Source of the DNA: Nitrospirales bacterium
Lineage (GTDB): Bacteria; Nitrospirota; Nitrospiria; Nitrospirales; UBA8639
DNA length: 64,000 bases
Reading direction: 5' to 3'
Assembly (NCBI GenBank): GCA_965203295.1
Contig: CBDBCZ010000015.1
Span: forward strand, 736,001 to 800,000
Shown: positions 1-11,689 of the stretch, piece after piece
Position numbering within the stretch: position 1 is the stretch's first letter
How the letters are laid out: each line of letters begins with the position of its first letter
The notes under the pieces: generated by a model
Told to the model about the DNA's origin: nothing
The model's input: the letters and a program-made list of their open reading frames with translations, nothing else
Databases searched by the model: none
Made by a program: the position numbers and the translations under genes

Positions 1-1332
1 CAGCTGCTGCAGTTTAAGCATTTGCACCCGAACTTCAGATAGGGCACCTGGCATATCTAGATCATCAACATCAGAAGACGCCATGTCTAGCTCTGGTGAG
101 AGTGAACCCATTCGGAGTTCATGTTTAGGATCAGAATGAAGCTGCATTTCTTGCATTGCAAGTACTTGTTTTTCAAGCTCATACTTGTGTGTTTGGACAT
201 TCAGTGCTTCAATGTCAAAAAGTTTCAAAATTAGCTGCTCCTTCTGTTGTTTAGTTTCCATTCTCATCTGCTCCATTTTGCTTTGTAGTTGTCTACTGGA
301 CTTTTGCAGTACAGCAACTTGTCTAGTTAGGTGCTCGACATCAATGTCTTGGCAATAGCTAGGATTAAACTTCATCTCCAGAATCTCATCATGCAATGCT
401 CTCTTTTCCATTACCAGCTGCTTGATTTGTTCCTGCAGAGGAGCCACTTGAGTTCGTGTCACTTCATATGTTTTCATTCGCTTCTTCAAGCCATCGCAGG
501 CAGCAGACACAGTTACCAATTGGTGCTCAACCACCTTAATGTCATCCACTAGCTTCTGATTGGTTTCTGTTAATTGACGGTTTTGTTCCAATACATCTGT
601 GAAGTGAGTAGGTTCAACTCCCTCAGGCAATTGAACTGAAAACTGCTTCAACAGGTCTGAATGTTGCTGTTTGAGCTTTCTGTTTTCTTCCAAAAGAGTG
701 CTCACTTGAGATTTCATGGCTGGAATACTATTAATTTGTTCCTGAAGTTGCTTTAGCTGAGCTAAACTTGCAACAAGTGCATTCCTCATTGCCAGGATTT
801 CTTGGGTACCACCCTTTTCAGCTTGCACAAGTGTTGCTAATTGACCATTTTGCTCATGTAGGATGGAAACCCTTTGTTTCAGTGATTGTACCACTTCTTG
901 TTGGTCTAGTAATTCATACGACAAATTTCCTCTCTGTTTCTCCAATTCCTCTAATTTAGTGTTGAGGCTGGGAATGTGTGTGACTTGTTCTTCGAGGTGT
1001 TTTATTCGTGCTGAAGTGGAGATAATTTCTTTTCTCAGCTCTTCTAAAATTCTGTGCTCTGGAGTAGATGAGGTAACCAAACCAGAGATACTAGATGCAG
1101 CATCAAGAAGAGAACTTCGGCTACTTCTGCTACTCTCTACAGGAGAGATGGGCACAGGGGAAACGGCATCAAATTGAGGTTCTGAAGAAATATCCGGATG
1201 ATCCGAAGGATGCAGTGGAGATGTCCACTGCTTTCCATCTATAGTTGCTGGTTTTGTTGCATCACTAGATTCAGTTTCTGCAGAATGAAGCATTTCACCT
1301 ACTAGTACAACTTTTCTGTTTTGTTGTGACAT
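1..1332 (-). CDS. KANK-like coiled-coil protein, first coding exon (partial, continues off the window)
   Basis: Minus-strand frame from ATG at 1332 running off the window, with no stop in the portions I translated. An in-frame TGA lies upstream and a splice acceptor (ttttcttttgcag) is at 1377. Contains LRKEIISTSARIKHLEEQVTHIPSL and MRNALVASLAQLKQLQEQINSIPAMKSQVSTLLEENRKL, both resembling the KANK coiled-coil motif [39 protein letters not shown]. Ankyrin repeats are not visible in the window. Confidence 0.7.
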   Translation of the reverse strand, partial: MSQQNRKVVLVGEMLHSAETESSDATKPATIDGKQWTSPLHPSDHPDISSEPQFDAVSPVPISPVESSRSSRSSLLDAASSISGLVTSSTPEHRILEELRKEIISTSARIKHLEEQVTHIPSLNTKLEELEKQRGNLSYELLDQQEVVQSLKQRVSILHEQNGQLATLVQAEKGGTQEILAMRNALVASLAQLKQLQEQINSIPAMKSQVSTLLEENRKLKQQHSDLLKQFSVQLPEGVEPTHFTDVLEQNRQLTETNQKLVDDIKVVEHQLVTVSAACDGLKKRMKTYEVTRTQVAPLQEQIKQLVMEKRALHDEILEMKFNPSYCQDIDVEHLTRQVAVLQKSSRQLQSKMEQMRMETKQQKEQLILKLFDIEALNVQTHKYELEKQVLAMQEMQLHSDPKHELRMGSLSPELDMASSDVDDLDMPGALSEVRVQMLKLQQL

Positions 1333-2775
1333 GGTGCTGATTGGTCACTTATGACAAGTTAAAACAACGGCTGTACCTGCAAAAGAAAAACACATAAGAC
1401 ATTGCTGTCAGTGGAAGTACTGCAACAATCATTCATAGGTTAACAGGTAGCGCTTTACATGTGGCAGTCCTGTGCAGAAATTGGCCATTGTGTATTTTGA
1501 AGGCATCACTGCATTCACAGTGCTGTATTTCTGAACATCTGCTGATGGCAGGGCTGAAACACAATGTGTACTTGTGTCGATGGTTGCTACATATACACAG
1601 CGCGTTTGAGCCTCACCCTTAACAGAAGTTAGAGATTTGGCACTGTGAATGCACTGATTATGCTTATGCATACAATGACTAGATGTATATACCAAAAGCA
1701 TGGAGAGTACACTACTTCACAAATGGAATACGTTTTATAACACAAGTACACTCTGTAATTGGAGGCGCCTCTACATTAGGAGTCCATTAAATTTCGATCC
1801 AGTATGCCAATGCGTACTCGGACTCTTCAGAAAAACATGGCCATATTTGTGTTGGTGACAAGACTCCTAAAAACCTTACTAGCAACTGTATATATAGTGC
1901 TATCGCTATTACAATGAATCTTGTAGCAGTGGTGGGTATTTTTCCTAAGAAAATGGCAGTGTTATCAAGTGAAGTTTGTACAGTCTAGGTCCTGGGCTTT
2001 ACAGAGTAGAGGGGTATCCACAGTTCAGAGGTTTTAATTACAATATACAGTGTAACAACCTGGACTTAGTAAGTGTTACAGAGCAGCACAGGGGAGTTCA
2101 GGGTTCCACCACAGGGGCTGTATAATCGGCTCTTGTCAGAGAAGCTTGGGTAACTAGGACCCTCCATGATATATACACAATCCAGGTTAGTCAAAATGCA
2201 GAATAGCAAGCTTGCCTGTATGAGTGGAATCTGCAACCAGATAATTACGTCTACACTGCATCACTATGGAGTTACCTCGTGTCTGCGTAACGGATGTGAC
2301 GTCCGTTAATAAAGTGCGATTGCACGAGAATACGCGAGAAGACTGTGATGTCATCGTATGAGTACTGAGCTAACTAGTACTTTGACCGCTGCATGTGTTG
2401 GGACGACTTCGACCACTGCATGCGTTGGGATATTCTGACAGCCGACAGTATTATCATGATGGCCTCAAATGAGCACTTCAAGCACACTCTATTGCACAAA
2501 GGTTAGTGGCAGTATACTCCCGTAAGTTCAAGCCATGCACAGCTGTAAATGCTATGCTAGACAAACTACGACAATGTGCATTAAATAGAGTCAGTTCTAT
2601 CTATGTTGTGAACTATGGCCTCAAGCATCCAAGCAGTGCTCACATCAGTAAAGAAGGCCAAGCGCCAGATCAGTGTGAAAACTTTTAAGCGGTGGTAAGG
2701 ACAGTACAATTAGGAACACCAGAGTTTAAGCTGGTTACGGTGTGACTTGAATCTGTGCAAAAAAAAATGAAAACT

Positions 2776-2896
2776 CTCATATCTGTACGTCTTATGGTGT
2801 AAAGTGTGCCAAAGGTACAAAGCTAGGGTACAAAAAAAATCTCATATCTGTACGTCTTATGGTGTGAAGTGTGCCAAAATCACAAAGCTAGGGTAC
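2776..2896. repeat. Local tandem duplication of ~65 bp
   Basis: ctcatatctgtacgtcttatggtgt(a/g)aagtgtgccaaa...caaagctagggtac occurs twice in succession. Confidence 0.85.
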
Positions 2897-3099
2897 GGGG
2901 ACACAAGAGTTTTTCTATGGCATGGATAGAAAGTATGGCCAACCAGAGAGCCCTCAACCATGCGAGCAGTGGTTAGCACAAAGCTGCCATGTCCCACTAC
3001 AAGACTGATCAAGTGAAGGCTCACAAGGAACCAATAAGTGTGTATGCCCCTACTGCTACCTTCTCTCATTTCATTGCCAACATGTATTACTGGCCAACA

Positions 3100-4500
3100 C
3101 ACACTTTGTTAGTGTCCTCATGGACGGAACAACAGACTTGGGAAAGGTAGAGGAACTGGTTGTTGCTTTCTATTGTAAGAAGGACGATGTTTCTAAGTCT
3201 TGTGCCAGGTACTTGTCAGTCGTGACTCCCAACAAAGCTGATGCGAATGGACTAGTGAACTGCCTTGGTGAAGATTGGAGATTGAAGATGTCTTGGATAG
3301 AGATGGTGTTCTTGCATGGGACAAGCCTATTTTATAGGAGGAGGAACTGATGGAGCATCAGTGATGACAGGTAAAATGGAGCATGTTCTCCCATGGGTGT
3401 TCTGGGCATGGTGCTGTGCTCACTGTCTGGAGTTGGCATCCAAGAATGGTCTCATAAGTAAGCCCTTCAAAGACCTGGAAGAGTGCTCCTCTGATTGTAC
3501 TATCTGTAAAAAAAAAAGTCTCCTAAAAAGATATGCGAGTTGGCATCAATTGTTGAAGTGCTGAAGGAGGTATTTGAGGCTGCATGGCAATATTCTGATC
3601 CGTTCGCAAGGATCAAGGTGGATAAAACATACGAAAAAGCACTATAGAGGGTGGTTGATCAATTCAGAGCCTACACTGCTGATCTGACAATGCTGGTTGA
3701 GGATACTTCACTCAGGAGTGAAAATAAAGCTGACTTAGATCTTCAAAAGTGGTTGCATACAAAGTTCTGGCTGGTTAAGCAATGTTTGTGCAGGTCATAA
3801 AGTCCCCTTCATTCCCTAGCTTGTCTCTGCAAGGAGCTGATTTGATGTTGCTTTTGGTATCAAGCAAATTTTGAAAACCACTAGTACTTTGGCATCCCTA
3901 ATGACGAAGACCCTTTTCAGTGGCCTACTGTCAGGGCCATGCTAGACAGGGTGAAGGATGAAACCACCTGTGAGATGTACCAAGGCACTACATTGAAGGG
4001 GTACAATTCTACAACATTGGAGTACTGCAAGAAGGATGCTCTCATTGTTCTTCAGAGGCTACATGATAAGATGTGGACGCAGCTTCAATAGACAGATGTT
4101 AGACTGCTGAGACCTCTGCTTGTGTTTCTTGAGTCTCAAAGCTGAATGAAAAGATCTGTGGAAGAGGATGATGTTGGTCCAGACCCATCCCTGATCGAGG
4201 TGAAGAGTGCAATTGAATGCATTGCTTTGCTCTTCAGAGATCCACTTGAGGCCAGAGGGGCAAACCAACCGGTTCTCCAGGACAAGACAGAAGATGCTGC
4301 TGACTATGCCAGGAGGTACATGTACATGTACCTTGGACATGAAAGTACCAACTACAGAAAGGTATAACCTGGATGTTTGTCTCGGTTTTACTCATTGGCC
4401 TATACAATGTCTTGCTTCACTGTGGATTAGCCTTCAGCCTAGTTTCTTCAAATGGTAGAGTAGTCTAAGAGCAGATTTTTTCCTCTTTGAAATTGTTTTA
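3100..4500 (+). mobile_element. Degenerate hAT-superfamily (ZNF862-like) transposase relic
   Basis: Frameshifted fragments: DGTTDLGKVEE (first catalytic D), GTDGASVMTG (second D), WCCAHCLELA (CxxH) and a GSRW motif; many stops. Confidence 0.85.
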
Positions 4501-5379
4501 CCTCACTGGAGGTGGTCTACAATCACTAGACCTACACTGCAATCTAATGAATATGCCTGACGTCACGTCACGTAAACTACCTTCATCACTTTAGCAAAGC
4601 TTCGGCCAAGTTCCACTGATAATCAAACTGGCAGTGGTGGGGTTTAGGTAGAGGAGGGTACGTATTGCGAAACAGCACCAACTTAGGTTGAGACAAATCT
4701 TCTTTAGACTCGAACAGATACTAGACATGACCAACAGCTAATGTACATGCACCAAGGAACCCCCCCAATCTCCTGTCTGTTCAGGCAACAATGACTGCTT
4801 TTGTGCAACTGCACATACCGCAGATCGGGAAATTTGCGCATGTATTTTTTCAAAGTGATCCACAATACTCCCCTCTAACATACGTGCAACTGCAAAGCTG
4901 TATAGGCATTTCCCCAGACTTTCTTTTCTACTCGAGAGTGTGGCCACGTGACACTAGGCAGGTTTAATACGGAGTACACTCCCCTAACCAGAACAGACAC
5001 TGTTGGAACTAGAAGTCTCTAGCAGAGACATATCCCACGCTACAAATGGGACCGTTGGACTCCAGACTTACCTGGCCTAGTGGAGCAGCTGCAGAGACGT
5101 AGTTAATGACATGAACGCTTTTCTACATATACTGCAGTATAAATCCCGCGTCAGGAGACTGCACATGCCCGGCCTCTGTCGTATTGAGTTCGCGACCTTA
5201 GTAAAGTGGAGGATCATACCGATGTTGAATAAGAAAACGCTGGACATGCAGAGACTAGAAGAGTAAATGTGGTTTACTATATTCAACTAAAAATGGAGGT
5301 CTAGCTCTCCTTTTATAAGCCACAATGTGTTTTTCAAGCAGGTGAACATGCAAGGCTGGAAATTCCTGTGGTTTAGCCT

Positions 5380-5626
5380 AATTTAATTGAGGTTCTCACA
5401 CACCTGGGTAAATGTATACTTTGGTCACTGTCAGGTACATACACATCAATTTTTGGGGGATTTGAATCGTTACCTCCTGCTTTGAAGTTATAGCCTCTAT
5501 ATTGCGTGTTGCGAAGTTTTTTCTAAATTTTTAATGACAGACAACGACGACGACAACGACCACAATAACAGACGGACAAAAGCAATTGCTTAACCCCGCT
5601 TGCGCATATGTACGCGCGCAGGGTAA
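5380..5626 (+). mobile_element. Dispersed repeat with GACA/GACG microsatellite and terminal hairpin (Helentron/HINE-like, inferred)
   Basis: gacagacaacgacg...caattgcttaaccccgcttgcgcatatgtacgcgcgcagggtaa. Related copies at ~41317-41392 (-), ~42950-43465 (-) and ~62395-62895. Confidence 0.55.
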
Positions 5627-7842
5627 AAACGTTGCGGGACCGTACATGGAGGTAAGTCACTGCATCTTGTAACCATTGGTTATAGAGCACGTGGTTCCAG
5701 CTCTCAGTGGTTCTTTTCCGATATGCAACAAATATGCAAACTAATTTATAAATGAACAACGTCTGACGGTGCTGTTTCAGGAAGTAGTCCAGTTTACACA
5801 GTCACTAGCTGTACTCTGCGAATGCATACAAACATGCCTGAGCACTGTACATGTATTATCCATGGTCATGACACGTCCTAACCAGAAACGTTCCAAGTGA
5901 CCCCACGCACCAAATTTAATACACACAGGTTATTCATTGTACGTGCGCCTAAGATACAACAGCAAACTTTGGGATGTTTACTGGCTTTGAGTTAGCGTAC
6001 AGTACAGCTCCTACACCAACCGCGTTCTGGACTTCCAACACAACCCCGTTGAGCAGCTGGCACAAATTCGATCAAAGTTAGAGTTTCCATGGTCAGAAAT
6101 TACTCCACCAACAGAACAGCCCCTGTATGCTTTACCTTACTATAATACTTTCAGTGCACAAAGGGGCTGATTGAGACGCTGAAGGGTCAACAAGCTATTC
6201 AAAATAACTTACGCTGTAGGTGCAACGAGTGAAGGTATTCATCGCTCACGATCAGTATAGTACACTCCGTCTTGAGTTCAAGAACAGTTTCGAACGCATA
6301 CACATGCATACGTGTACCACGTCTTGGCAAAAAAGTACTTAATAATATTTTAATAACTTATTCACGTGAGAACGCTGCTTATGCGATGATGTCATGGCTT
6401 CGCGAAGAGCCAAAGGGCATGCAATCACGATAATTGTATATAGCAATTACTGATATTCCTGCCTGAGTACCCCCTGAAAGGAAGGATGTGCCACCAGTAT
6501 TGGACTTGCTTCCTAAAACAAATAGAGTGATTGAACCTTAGCACTAGATGTGGGGGCAGTGGATAATACAATGCACCTGTACCTCTGGTTGGCCCGGGTG
6601 GGGCTGGTGTTTCTAGCTGAGCATTTGAATGGGACACTGCAGTCCCAGCGCATGTGGTAGACTATATTAACACGATTGAGCACGTTTATATACAAATAGG
6701 AGGAGGGGCTGTGCACACCTACACCTCTGGTTGGGGTGGGACCAGCGTTTGCAGCTGAATGGATACGGGACTTGCTTTCCTATAATGAAAGAACTGTATA
6801 GGATTGGACAGATTAGAAGTAGGGGAGGGGCTGTACCAATACATCAGGTTGGGGTTGGGCTGGTGTATCAGTGCACGTGGCAACCCTTGGAAGTAACAGC
6901 ATCAATGTGGTGGAGTTGCTCTCCTATTGTGAAAAATAAGCAAACAATATTGGACAGTTTAAAAAAAAACTAAATAATCAGTACAGCAGAATCAATGCGA
7001 CATAGGATTGGGTACCTGTTGCTGTGGTTGAGGTAGGGATGATTTCTTACCACCATGCTAGGCTAGTCTTGTGACCAGCTGGAAGAAAAGTTTGCAACCT
7101 TTTTTCCGGCTGGTCACGAGACTACATGCGTGGCACCCTAGACTGTGCTTAGGGGGAGAATGGTCAGTGTCAGTCAAGCCTTCAACCTGTTAATTGCCTC
7201 AATGTGTTACAGATCAAGCGGATACCTATACTCTCTAAATCAAACTCTATCGAAGCAAAATTACATGCAGAAACTAGAAATAATTTTGTGGTGCATGTAG
7301 CCAACATGATGGTGAAAAAAAGAACCTCAGATCAAGTGGACATGCAATTATACTCTCTAAATCACTTTCTGCAGAAACTTATCTCCCTGCTCAGGAAATT
7401 GGCAGGTTCCTCCTGGGTGTAATGAGCTGCTGGATGCATGCTGTGCAGCCCTGAGTGGACTTCTGTAGCAGATATACACAATGTAATTGAGGATGAATAT
7501 AACTATGAGTGTAATCATGCACCAGGTTCTACTATTACATCCACCAAAGAATTACAGCAGCAAGGAGGTAATTTTAAAAAGAGAAAGAACTGTGAGACTA
7601 AGGGAACAATCATGTGAATGAGTAAAGTTCAATTTTTGGATATGAGAATATTATAATACTTGTGCTTGAGATGTGATTCTGAACAATTATTTAATTCCCT
7701 CAGCTAGTAGTAACTGGCACATTGAAGAGACAAAAAATGCTTACAACTTAAGCATAAAAAAGGAAAAATTTCTAGTGAGCTTTTTTTAAGAGTTTCACCT
7801 TCACTTCGCATCTACCGGTAATAATTTCTAGGGAGCGTTTAG

Positions 7843-8066
7843 AAAAAAAAAAGTTTCACCCAAAGGGCCAGGGTGTGGAAGCTCAAGCGGCTAACGAACA
7901 AGAACTGACCCCCGATGGATCCACTCCGCAGCGCATACAGGTTTATACTGGAAGTAAGGGAGGTAGGGGGCGGTCCCTAAGCCATAATGCCCCAAACCTT
8001 CAGTGCACGAGCCGAGATTCGAACTCGCGATCACTGTCTCCAGACACTGCGCTACTGCTCCCAGCA
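7843..8066 (-). mobile_element. tRNA-derived SINE-like / Pol III unit
   Basis: Minus strand has A-box-like TAGCGCAGTG, B-box-like GAGTTCGAATCTC, a ~160-nt body, then a T run after GGGTGAAAC. Confidence 0.55.
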
Positions 8067-8176
8067 CCACGAGGGGTGTTGGTGACAGGAGACGAACATT
8101 TCTCTCTTTTATGTCAGCACTACTTTCATAATATACATGACAGTACATTCGGAAGAGAAAAAAAGGAAAATTGAAA

Positions 8177-8246
8177 TTCCCAGGCGGATTCGAACCCGCG
8201 ACCTTTTCATTTGAAGGTGTGACGATTACCGCTACGCCACGCCTGC
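8177..8246 (-). pseudogene. tRNA-like pseudogene or SINE head (Trp-like layout, CUUCAAA loop)
   Basis: GCAGGCGTGGCGTAGCGGTAATCGTCACACCTTCAAATGAAAAGGTCGCGGGTTCGAATCCGCCTGGGAA has A and B boxes, CAGGCG/CGCCTG acceptor pairing and downstream T runs. The anticodon stem is unpaired and the T-stem 3' strand is short. Confidence 0.65.
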
Positions 8247-9187
8247 TTCTGGAAATTTGATAGAAAATTTTCAGTTAAATATCATAATTATGGCAAAATT
8301 ATAGACGCGAACAGGACGTGTAGTAGTCTCGCGGGCCAGGCTAAGCAGGTAGCGCCATTCACTTATGCACAATCAAGGGTAAAGATCGCTTACTAAGCGA
8401 TCCTTAGCCTTGAGTGTAGGAATGCTGCTCATGTGAGTATGCTGGGTATCAGCGCATGCATTGACATTGGGTAGGGCTAGTTGATTAATTCTACCTCTGT
8501 TCACGTTCATACTATCATAGCCCCACCCAAACCTTCCGAGAAGAGAGCTAAACATGCGCAGGTGAGCGCTGTGAGGTTAAGAAGGACAGACTATGCACTT
8601 GCTGTCCTGGGAAGAGGTACAAGTACGCTACTGAAGTTTTGTAAAACTACTTTGCCGTGATGGGATGTCCATTATAGATTTTATTGACTGCGTACAAACA
8701 TTGATGTTGAAAGCCAGCGATCTAATAGATAATACACTTTATACATGGCATGATTTGGGTTATTGCGTCATGCGACCACCGCATTTCGGATGGTGCATGG
8801 ATCACGGGTCACCCATGCATAGATATGGATGTAGTTGTGGTTTCACTATGTACCTCAATGCAATACACATACAATTATGCACAAGTTCAGGTGATGTACT
8901 GCTGCATAATAGCTACACCTGATTCACCGATTCATTCAATATCATCTAGCTACTATGATATGTGAAAGTAAATGCATGGTTACTGCACTCTGGTGCAGTA
9001 CATCACCATTCAGACCAGTGACCAGGTCACTTGGTGCACTAGTTCACTGGTTCACCTGGTGCACCGGGTTACTGGTTCACCCGGTGCACCGGTTTACTAG
9101 TTCACCTGGTGCACTGGGTCACTGGTGCACCTGGTGCACCGGGTTACTGGTTCACCTGGTGCACTGGTGCACCGGGTCACTGGTGCA

Positions 9188-10561
9188 AAGCTTCCCCAAT
9201 AAGATCCCGCATGAAAAAGAGGAAGACTACCTCACAAGGTTAATTACAATATCTATTGGTATCCCAGAGGCCAATTATGAATATGTAAACATTCTAGACC
9301 AATCTGTTGTATTGCCCTGCATAGACTAACAGTTGATCTAGGCATTGCATGCATAGGCCCGGTTAGCATTGCATGCACAGGCCCATTTAGCATTGCATGC
9401 ACAGCATGGTTAAGTTGTCAGCTTGTGGATAATTGTTACACATCACAGGCCACAAGCTGACCTCAGAGGCGTCCCATGCAGCTGCAGCCTTGCCATCACC
9501 CCCGAGGAGAATGAAGACTCGAGGTAGTGTCAGCTACTGTTAAATGCATTACAGATCTAATTGCAAGTAGATATGTGGAAATCAGGCCAAAGAACATTCT
9601 GCTGAGCGATATATATATGTACAGATGTACCTATTTAGCAATGCATGTTGTCAGCTTTACCTACACATCACAGGCCACAAGGTAACCTCAGAGGCATCCC
9701 ACGGAGCTGCAGCCTTGCCATCGCCCCCGAGGAGAATGAAGACTCGAGGTAGTGTCAGCTACTGTTAAATGCATTACAGATCTAATTGCAAGTAGATATG
9801 TGGAAATCAGGCCAAAGAACATTCTGCTGAGCGATATATATATGTACAGATGTACCTATTTAGCAATGCATGTTGTCAGCTTTACCTACACATCACAGGC
9901 CACAAGGTAACCTCAGAGGCATCCCACGGAGCTGCAGCCTTGCCATCGCCCCCGAGGAGAATGAAGACTCAAGGTAACACCAGCTACTATTATGCATTGC
10001 AGAGCTAATTATAGAATCCCATTGTGAAAATCAGGCCAAAGAATTATGCTAAGAGATAGTAGATGTGCCTTTTTAGCAATGCATATTTCCGGCATTACCA
10101 ACATAGCTCTTATCACTGCACATCACAGGCCACAAGATGACCTCAGAGGAGGAGGCATCTCATAAAGTTTCAGCCTTGCCGGTGCCATCACCCTCAAAGA
10201 GAATGCCTCAAGGTATTAATTATGTGGTGTAGTGTAAAGACTAGTTCTAGATGCTGCAGTTGGCACTTATCATTACATGAATGCATCTGGACTCAAAGTA
10301 AGAGCGTATTTGTACATATCTCCAGGTGTGCGCAAGAAGCTACAGTTTCTGACGGCCCGGAAGCATGTGGCAAGGGAATACATGCTTGAAAATAAGCTTT
10401 CTCTGGACCCTAACACTTGTCTGCCTTGTGGTAAGGCCTTTTCAGAAGGCCAGGAGCTGCTCTGGGTTGGGTGTGACAACTGCCCGAGGTGGTACCACAA
10501 GAAGTGTGTTCACAACCCACAAATGAAGAAATTTTGGAAGTGTCCCGTTTGCAAGATCTGA
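9188..10561 (+). CDS. Spliced gene fragment: tandem microexon repeats plus C-terminal PHD finger (5' end missing)
   Basis: Phase-1 exons ~9188-9238 (weak donor), 9449-9523, 9674-9748, 9899-9973, 10129-10212 and 10326-10561 join in frame. They encode GHKxTSEASHxAAALPSPPRRMKT repeats, then CLPC...WVGCDNCPRWYHKKC...WKCPVC (C4HC3). Confidence 0.75.
9438..10215 (+). repeat. ~225-bp tandem repeat (exon+intron unit, ~3.5 copies)
   Basis: cacatcacaggccacaag recurs at ~9439, 9664, 9889 and 10119; the first two introns are nearly identical. Confidence 0.95.
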
Positions 10562-11525
10562 ACTCCTTACATAATAATTGCATTGGGTTTCTAAAAAGTG
10601 TTTTGTCCCTATACTGTATACTGAAGATATATATGTTGTAGCTAAAGAAAAAAAAACAGCCCCTTGCTAGCTCACTGCATGGGGAAGGGAAGCACTTTAC
10701 CAGATCGTATAGTCTGTGACTACTAACATGTATACACCTCTTGCAGGTACTCCGTCTAAGTGGGTTCACGAGACTGTAACTCTCCACTCATTGCATTAAC
10801 ACCTTGCACGCCTAGTAATCATGCATACAAAAAAGTGCCTTTAGAGTGCCTAGGTCTTATCTTAGAAAAAAAAAGTGGGGTGAAAACCCAGGAAATTAAC
10901 CTGGAGCATGCACTCCTGAATACATTTTTTTTAACTGAGAGAAACCATCCAGGAAGCTTAGGTAGTTGCACTACAACATGCTACTTTATATAGCCATGAT
11001 GCATAGAAGCGTTGTAGGCATGCCAGAAATGATTTTTTCTGATTGTCACATACACCAGGACCTTTCAAGTACTTGCAAGGAAACTCTGCATGGGCAGTGA
11101 TCCATGACTCAGTGCACCTCCATGGTGGTGCACCAGTGACCCAGTGCACCAGGTGAACCAGTAACCCGGTGCACCTGTGCACCAGTGACCCGGTGCACCT
11201 AGTGCACCAGTGACCCAGTGCACCGGTGCACCAGGTGAACCAGTAACCTAGTGCACCGGGTGAACCAGTAACCTAGTGCACCGGGTGAACTGGTGTGCCA
11301 CTAGCAAAACAGTGTATCAGTAAATTTCACTCTGGTGCAGTACAGCTTGCAAGTCTGTGACTTAACCATTTACTTTCACATATATATCACAGTAGATGAT
11401 ATAGAATGGATTGTGCTCCAGTGAACAATGTACCATTAAAGTTCTAACACTACTTTCACAACCCATCCCATATTGGTATCTTGCACATGACTCTTCACGT
11501 GTTGCACATGTTTTGTTCATGCCAG

Positions 11526-11621
11526 ACCTGGTGGACTTTGCTGATGAGGAAGGCTATGGGAAGTACCTGGATCTCCACGAGGTCTATGACTACTACGTAC
11601 ATCAACCTCAAGCAGATAGAG
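11526..11621 (+). pseudogene. SF3A3: SF3A3/PRP9 exon fragment, copy 1
   Basis: DLVDFADEEGYGKYLDLHEVYDYY matches the SF3A3 motif LVEFTDEEGYGRYLDLH; a 4-nt insertion before INLK breaks the frame. Confidence 0.8.
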
Positions 11622-11689
11622 GTACAGCTATAGTAATATGGTCTTAATGTTGTACTGTTTATGCATGTAGGGATTAGTTATGCAGAAAT

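Larger units (their letters stand above)
8914..11433. mobile_element. Foldback-like element with long, internally repetitive inverted arms
   Basis: Left arm ~8914-9187 and right arm ~11128-11433 are reverse complements. Each has an outer unique part (atatcatcta...tatgtgaaagtaaatg...ggtta) and an inner array of 8-9-bp units (ggtgcacc/ggttcacc/gggttact). Confidence 0.75.

Noticed and set aside
331..1177. Plus-strand ORFs 331..552, 768..959 and 863..1177
   Set aside because: Shadows of the long minus-strand KANK-like exon.
6378..6413. Motif gcttatgcgatgatgtcatggct..cgaagagccaa repeated at ~49390, as a possible snoRNA or regulatory element
   Set aside because: Two short copies with a small hairpin are more simply the end of a dispersed repeat; no matching D box or target is evident.
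8177..8246. Functional tRNA-Sec or opal suppressor
   Set aside because: The anticodon stem does not pair, the T-stem lacks ~4 nt and there is no long variable arm.
9438..10215. Regularly spaced repeats resembling a CRISPR array
   Set aside because: Whole 225-bp units are duplicated, so there are no unique spacers; they carry splice sites, the context is eukaryotic and no cas genes are present.
11128..11300. Collagen-like Gly-X-Y reading (GAPGEP) of the ggtgcacca repeats, and ORFs 8955..9329 and 10958..11182
   Set aside because: Units are 8-9 bp and shift frame constantly, and they occur as inverted arms, so this is non-coding repeat.
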